Below, piece by piece: positions 63,593-64,000 of a DNA stretch of 64,000 nucleotides; positions within the stretch are counted from its first letter, which is position 1; each line of letters starts with the position of its first letter. The stretch lies in contig OX597817.1 in assembly GCA_951406725.2 (NCBI GenBank), positions 106,330,001 to 106,394,000 on the forward strand, read 5' to 3'. The translations under genes and the position numbers were made by a program. A model generated the notes under the pieces. The model had not been told where the DNA came from. It saw only the letters and a program-made list of their open reading frames with translations, and did not search any database. This DNA is from Octopus vulgaris. Lineage: Eukaryota.

Positions 63593-64000
63593 AATCCATA
63601 TATAAAACCAGCTATCTTGGTTGAAGGAACGATTCTGAAGGTAGTAGACAAGTTTGTCTACCTGGGCAGCACACTCAGCCGTTCTTGCTCCCTGGATGAG
63701 GAAATATCTTTCAGGTTGCAGAGAGCAACTAATTCCTTCCGGTCTCTTCAGTTTCGTGTCTGGTCCCAACATGGCATCGCAAGGAGAACAAAAGTTGCTG
63801 TGTACCGTGCTTGTGTACTGACGTCGCTTCTCTACTCATGTGAGACATGGACTCTGTACAAACATCAGGTCAGGGTCCTTGAACGTTTTCATCAGAGATG
63901 TCTCAGACACATTCTCAATGTTGGCTGGACCTCAAAAATTCCAGACACACAGATCCTGAGGACAGCTGATATCTTGAGTATTGAGGCGATGGTACACAAG
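63593..64000 (+). pseudogene. RTE/BovB-like LINE RT C-terminal region (open to window end, 5'-truncated)
   Basis: LKVVDKFVYLGSTLSRSCSLDEEISFRLQRA..TKVAVYRACVLTSLLYSCETWTLY..LERFHQRCLRHIL; 136 open codons. Confidence 0.9.

Overview
AT-rich, repeat-saturated eukaryotic genomic DNA, most likely cephalopod (Octopus-like; inferred from recalled SINE/RTE families and the microsatellite load, not database-verified). No confidently identifiable host protein-coding gene is present, and nearly all ORF-track entries are microsatellite or antisense artefacts. The window is a mosaic of decayed mobile DNA. DNA transposons include mariner/Tc1/pogo remnants and MITEs, a full-length hAT element with TIRs and an 8-bp TSD (6314-8816), Buster-like hAT fossils, piggyBac-like MITEs and a Helitron. 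Retroelements include several RTE LINE fragments (youngest at 13266-15449), a Neptune-type Penelope-like element with a GIY-YIG endonuclease, and dozens of tRNA-derived SINEs. The most notable signal is RNA structural. About ten hammerhead-ribozyme (HHR) motifs of the minimal Penelope type occur. In addition, three diverged copies (3952-4086 +, 20871-20998 -, 63324-63452 +) of an element place the three hammerhead strands in a non-circularly permuted order, with covarying helices; the copy at about 63.4 kb has an intact catalytic core. Coordinates of decayed elements are approximate.
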